From: Mayamaea pseudoterrestris
Taxonomy: Eukaryota
Assembly (NCBI GenBank): GCA_027923505.1
Contig: BROI01000006.1
Location: forward strand, 62,001 to 126,000
Direction: 5' to 3'
Length of the DNA stretch: 64,000 nt
Positions 59,991 to 64,000 of the stretch are shown one piece after another. The stretch's first letter is position 1. Each line of letters starts with the position of its first letter. Under the pieces are notes generated by a model. That model was not told the DNA's origin. It did no database searches and worked only from the letters and a program-made list of their open reading frames with translations. The position numbers and the translations under genes were made by a program.

Positions 59991-60881
59991 CGTTCCTTGG
60001 AATCTTTTCTTCGACCTGCTTCTGTTGCCTCCGCCGCCGCCGCCGTTCCCTTTATACTTTGGGCAGTCCTTCTTCTTGTGTTCCGTGCTGCCGCAAAGCC
60101 AGCAGCCCTTGGGGTTTCCGATCGACGATTGAGTAAAGAGAGCTTGTTCATCTTCATCTTCATCGTCGTCTTCCTTGATGGCGCCTTTCGCCACTTGGAG
60201 GCGATATTCTGCCTCTACGCCTTCGCGTATCATTGCTTTGGTTAGCTCCTTGTGCTTTTCAAACATGGCCGACACTCGTCCGCTGTACCGCTCCGGTAAG
60301 GCCTTGATGATATGAGGAACGACTTGACGCTCCTCGAGCTTTGCTCCTGACGCTAGAAACTGACTCTCCAGCTCTGCTACCTTTAGGAACAACTTGGTTG
60401 GATTTTTGCTGTCTCGCATCGAGAGACTGCTAAGGTCATCCATCAACTTTAATTGGGCAACTTGATCGGTCGGCTGATATTGTTCGATCAGCTTCTTCAT
60501 GACGTCACTTGCCTTGCCCGTCGGCCACGCTTCCGTCCTTGATTCCGTAATGATCAAGAGGAACTCCGCTCCCTTGTCTCCGTCGCCATGCGCCATGATT
60601 AACTGCGCCATGGCTACCTTGTTCATCTTGACGGCTCGCCTGTTGGCGTACGATTGATTTGGCTGTTCTTCTCGCGTCGGCAGGTCCGCCCATCCGCTTG
60701 GATCCATTACCTTGTCCAAGTCATGCGCAACTTGCCACGCCTCGATCTCCATCTTCCAAGTCCAAAACTTCTTGTCTTTATCCAACTTGGGGATCGCCGC
60801 AGGCTTCTTGTTCCAGCGCTCATCTTTCCATCGCTCCTCGTCAGTCCTTGCAGGAACGATTCCTTGGGCTGGTTCAGCCAT
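59991..60881 (-). CDS. Copia gag
   Basis: ATG at 60881. AWPTGKASDVMKKL..YQP capsid-like region and CWLCGSTEHKKKDC zinc knuckle. Confidence 0.9.
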
Positions 60882-60916
60882 GCTGACTCGGGTATCTCCG
60901 AGGCTACCTTAAGGTA

Positions 60917-61186
60917 TGCTGAGATTGCTCCAAATGTACTTGTAATTTACGATATAAACCTCTCCTATTCGCTTGCAAAAGATCCGCTATAAAAGAGTGA
61001 GCTTATTCTATCCTAAGCGACCGCCGTAACTCTTGGAATCTTGACCTCTCCAAGAGTGTCTCCGAGTCTCTATAGCTAACTGTCCTGTTCATTGCAACGC
61101 GGCCAGTCGATCCCGCATCTTTACCAATGCCCTGGGATGTAGGCCATAGTACTGAGGATCACCTGTTTAATCACCGATTCTCAGCA
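60917..61186 (-). repeat. 5' LTR (270 bp)
   Basis: Identical to 56177-56446. Confidence 0.97.
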
Positions 61187-62374
61187 GGCGCTGTCCAAGC
61201 CAACGGAGACTATAAACGAGTTGTAGACTACGAGGGAGCCACCCAATATTTTATGAAAGGCTCTGCATCACTATTTCATGTCATTTACCATTTTGAGGGT
61301 ACTTGGTTTATATGCTCGACAACTGATATGCATGACTATATGGCAGACGAAAAAGTCTTGTACTCACGTGCTTCAGAACCCGAGAAAGGCACAAATCACT
61401 TGCGCATACCGCCAAAATGTGGATGGTGTAACGAAGACGGCGGAACTAGCCAAGTGCCTATTATTCATTATGTGGATGTGGGATCGCCTCCTCCTCAGAA
61501 TTGGCGTCTTAACCCCGAGGCCTCGTTCAGCGATTGGAAAATAGTTCTGAAATACCAGCTCGATGGATCGGACGATGTTTGCACTAAAGTTTACAACTGC
61601 CATCGCTATACGCTGGCACTGGGACCGAAAGCCTGCAAGTACTTTTGGCGCCTTTGCAATGCCAAGAAATTCGCGGAGAACGAAATTCACGAAAGCCACA
61701 TAACGCTACCCATCAAAGCAGCAGAGGTATTTTACTTGCTTTTGGACTACTGTTATGGATTGGAAGTTCTTATTGATGCAGCCAATGCTGTATCATTACT
61801 CTATCTTGCCGGATACTTTGACTGTACGGCTCTGTATCACGAAGCAAATGGCTTTTGCAGCACGGGAATTAGCGCAACTTCCTGCGGGCGTTTTTATCAG
61901 CAAGCCAGTTCTTGCGGCATGATTGACATTGTGCGCGCAGTCGAGGGCTACTGCGTCGAGAATTTTGTAAAAATTGTGGCTGTGGCCAAAGAGATTATCC
62001 CATACGTGCCACTCGAATTTTGGCTCTCGCTTTTTGACAAGGGAGAAGTTATTCTTGGCACTGAAGCTAGTCAACTCGTCGCTGAAGTTTGCCAGCAGCA
62101 TGAAAGTTGTCTTAATCCTGAAAACTTTCGGGCGTTGACCCGAAGGCTTACCGATATCTCATATGTTGTGGCAGTTTTGTTGCTCGAATGTGAGGCTCGC
62201 GTTATGCATCGCGCAGGGGCAGATGACCCGACTGGTCTGACGGCCCTTCAGACAAGGTGCGTTGATGCAATGGCGCAACATATTGGTCAAGGGTACGACT
62301 CCAAATACTTTCAGATTCCAAGCGGCTGTTCAATCGTTGTTGCAAACGCACTTTTGATGAAGATAAATGAATGA
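61187..62374 (+). CDS. Main part of BTB/POZ-domain gene (395 codons, open), separated from its start by the retroelement
   Basis: FSDWKI..YNCHRYTLALGPKACKYF..FAE, LLDYCYG, NAVSLLYLAGYFDC (BTB). N-terminal GAG..ANG.Y...PPKCGW module. Confidence 0.85.
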   Translation, partial: GAVQANGDYKRVVDYEGATQYFMKGSASLFHVIYHFEGTWFICSTTDMHDYMADEKVLYSRASEPEKGTNHLRIPPKCGWCNEDGGTSQVPIIHYVDVGSPPPQNWRLNPEASFSDWKIVLKYQLDGSDDVCTKVYNCHRYTLALGPKACKYFWRLCNAKKFAENEIHESHITLPIKAAEVFYLLLDYCYGLEVLIDAANAVSLLYLAGYFDCTALYHEANGFCSTGISATSCGRFYQQASSCGMIDIVRAVEGYCVENFVKIVAVAKEIIPYVPLEFWLSLFDKGEVILGTEASQLVAEVCQQHESCLNPENFRALTRRLTDISYVVAVLLLECEARVMHRAGADDPTGLTALQTRCVDAMAQHIGQGYDSKYFQIPSGCSIVVANALLMKINE

Positions 62375-63321
62375 CCAGGGGATAAGGGCGTTACTATGAA
62401 TTTAGACGGTACAATATTTTGTCTTGATAAGGAATATATATATAGATTTATGAGTATTTCAGCTTCGATGAGTATAGCGCTGACACGCAATGTCCGATCA
62501 AACCGAGATAACTGAGAACGGAGGAGACGACGCTATGTTTCAAACAGTTTTCAGCAACCAGACGGAATTAACACCGGACGAGATTCAAACATTGGAGCAG
62601 GCGCAAACGAAGTGAGGGGAATACCAAGCGAAATAACGACTACGATGGTGTCTCTGAGTTAAAGCACGGTCCAGTTGGTGTGTTGCATTACGTGTTTCAG
62701 AAGCACTGCTAACTGCTAATCGTCAGTTTCGGTCACGAACCCCAACACGGCGGTAGGTCACACAAAAGATTAATATGGTATCTGCGAAAGATGGCGAGAG
62801 CGACATCTCGCCACCGTTGGCATCATACGCAAGTTGACCTTGCCTAATATGGTCCATTTTGTCGGCTGCCGTATCCATTTAACTTGTGCATTGACCTTGG
62901 AGCATCTTATTCTGACTGGAAAATCTATAGTCATTGGGAGCACGGCGCGGAAGGCGCATGCTGATGTACACTCGGTCTTAGCAACGGGACCAAAGGTCTG
63001 CAAGTACTCCAGGCGACTATTCGAGACTTATGGTTCCACTGAGAAGAAAAGACGCGGGATTGATATATCGTTACCGTTGGTGGCAGCAGGACTGCTGGAT
63101 ATGCTTAAGAATCAATCCTGTCAATGGCATACCCTGGACAGGTTTTGCCTGACTCATTGGGTATTTGGGTGGCCAGGGCATGGGGCATTTGACAGGTCAG
63201 AATCTACAACTTGTGGTGTTGGCCATACCCACAGTGGTGCCGTACCCATGGTGTCAGCCTCCAGGCAGACCTTTTTGCATCATTTGAGACTCTGCACCTG
63301 TCAATGGCATACCCTCCTCAT

Positions 63322-64000
63322 CTAGATGTCCATCTTTGCCTCGGATGCATTCCCGGAGGTCGTACCGGGCGCGACGAGACTTCTTGGATGCCCCGCACCC
63401 TCGAGAAGTCGCTTCGCATCCTCCACGCCAACTAGCTCGACAAAGCCATTGATCCAAGGCCGAATTTTATCGTCAAATACTCCTTCTCCCGTTAGCGCTT
63501 TCTCACTCCAGGCGGCATAATCCCGTTTACGGGTGTCTTGCTTGCGGAAATTATATGCTTCCCATGAACCCATATAGTGATGAAAGCCAAGTGGCTGTGA
63601 ATTGTAGTCTAAATATACCTTGCGCGGACAAACAGAGCGAAGAGGTCGATGTGCATTTGCTCCGTTGACTTCGATAGGCTGTATCTTGGAAACGTCAATG
63701 ACAGACTTCACAAGCTCTTTCGAGTGTCCTCGATGCCTCCAGCGCAAGAGTGTCCAAACGATGCGCATCCAGAAAATCTGGTACTTGGTCTGTGACCTGG
63801 CTGACATTACTTTCCGTCGCAATGTACCGTGCTCGAGGAAGTGTGATGCAATGCGATTGAATAAAGTGCAGCTTGTCAAATGTCGTGGCATTGTACGATT
63901 CTGGTATGTTCCCAGACTCGAGCTGTTGCAGCATCGTCAATGCGAAACCAGGTTGCGCCGCAAGTGTCTGAGCTTGGGCATGTCCCAAGACAGCTGAGTT
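63322..64000 (-). CDS. 3' part of a putative glycosyltransferase-like protein (partial)
   Basis: Open frame with KSVIDVSKI, AHRPL..CP, HHYMGSWEAY..R..D.R. Family assignment is tentative. Confidence 0.45.

Larger units (their letters stand above)
39694..60251 (+). repeat. Large direct duplication, copy B
   Basis: Colinear with 1-20411 at an offset of about 39.7 kb. Confidence 0.97.
56177..61186 (-). mobile_element. Full-length Ty1/copia LTR retrotransposon (5010 bp) with 5-bp TSD GGCGC
   Basis: Identical 270-bp LTRs with TG...CA ends. GGCGC at 56172-56176 and 61187-61191. Domain order gag-PR-IN-RT-RNaseH. Confidence 0.98.

Noticed and set aside
60917..61186. Tf1-style self-priming through LTR complementarity to the PBS
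   Set aside because: The best match found by eye (tatcctaagcg versus taccttaaggt) is too weak to support it.

Overview
Gene-dense eukaryotic nuclear DNA, most likely from a diatom. This is inferred from short GT-AG introns, bipartite signal+ASAFAP-type plastid presequences, ShKT-prolyl hydroxylase and CRTISO-like genes, and a Ty1/copia element. Positions 1-~20411 are a diverged direct copy of 39694-~60251. Both copies carry nine genes in the same order: F-box/ARM, DOT1, MANF, ankyrin, ShKT-P4H, POP1, LtrA-like, PX-AGC kinase and a SAM methyltransferase. Each copy is followed by the same copia element inserted at the same site in a BTB gene. The right-hand element (56177-61186) is full length, with identical 270-bp LTRs and a GGCGC target-site duplication. 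The left-hand element is indel-riddled and truncated. The unique middle (20.4-39.7 kb) begins with frameshifted TTL, RFT1, Lon-N, oxidoreductase and LMF genes. It continues with intact genes for a plastid RRM-like protein, an extremely acidic protein, a FAM173-like methyltransferase, PEX5, a CRTISO-like enzyme and a bromodomain protein. The duplication plus the error-rich zone is best read as two divergent haplotypes joined in the assembly. I found no convincing multi-gene novel system. The most interesting biological leads are in the retroelement (palindromic non-tRNA PBS, HTDD RT motif, LTR-supplied in-frame ATG for the disrupted host gene), a prothymosin/ANP32E-like acidic protein, and an intergenic structured-RNA candidate. 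All family calls are from motif recognition by eye; no searches were run.
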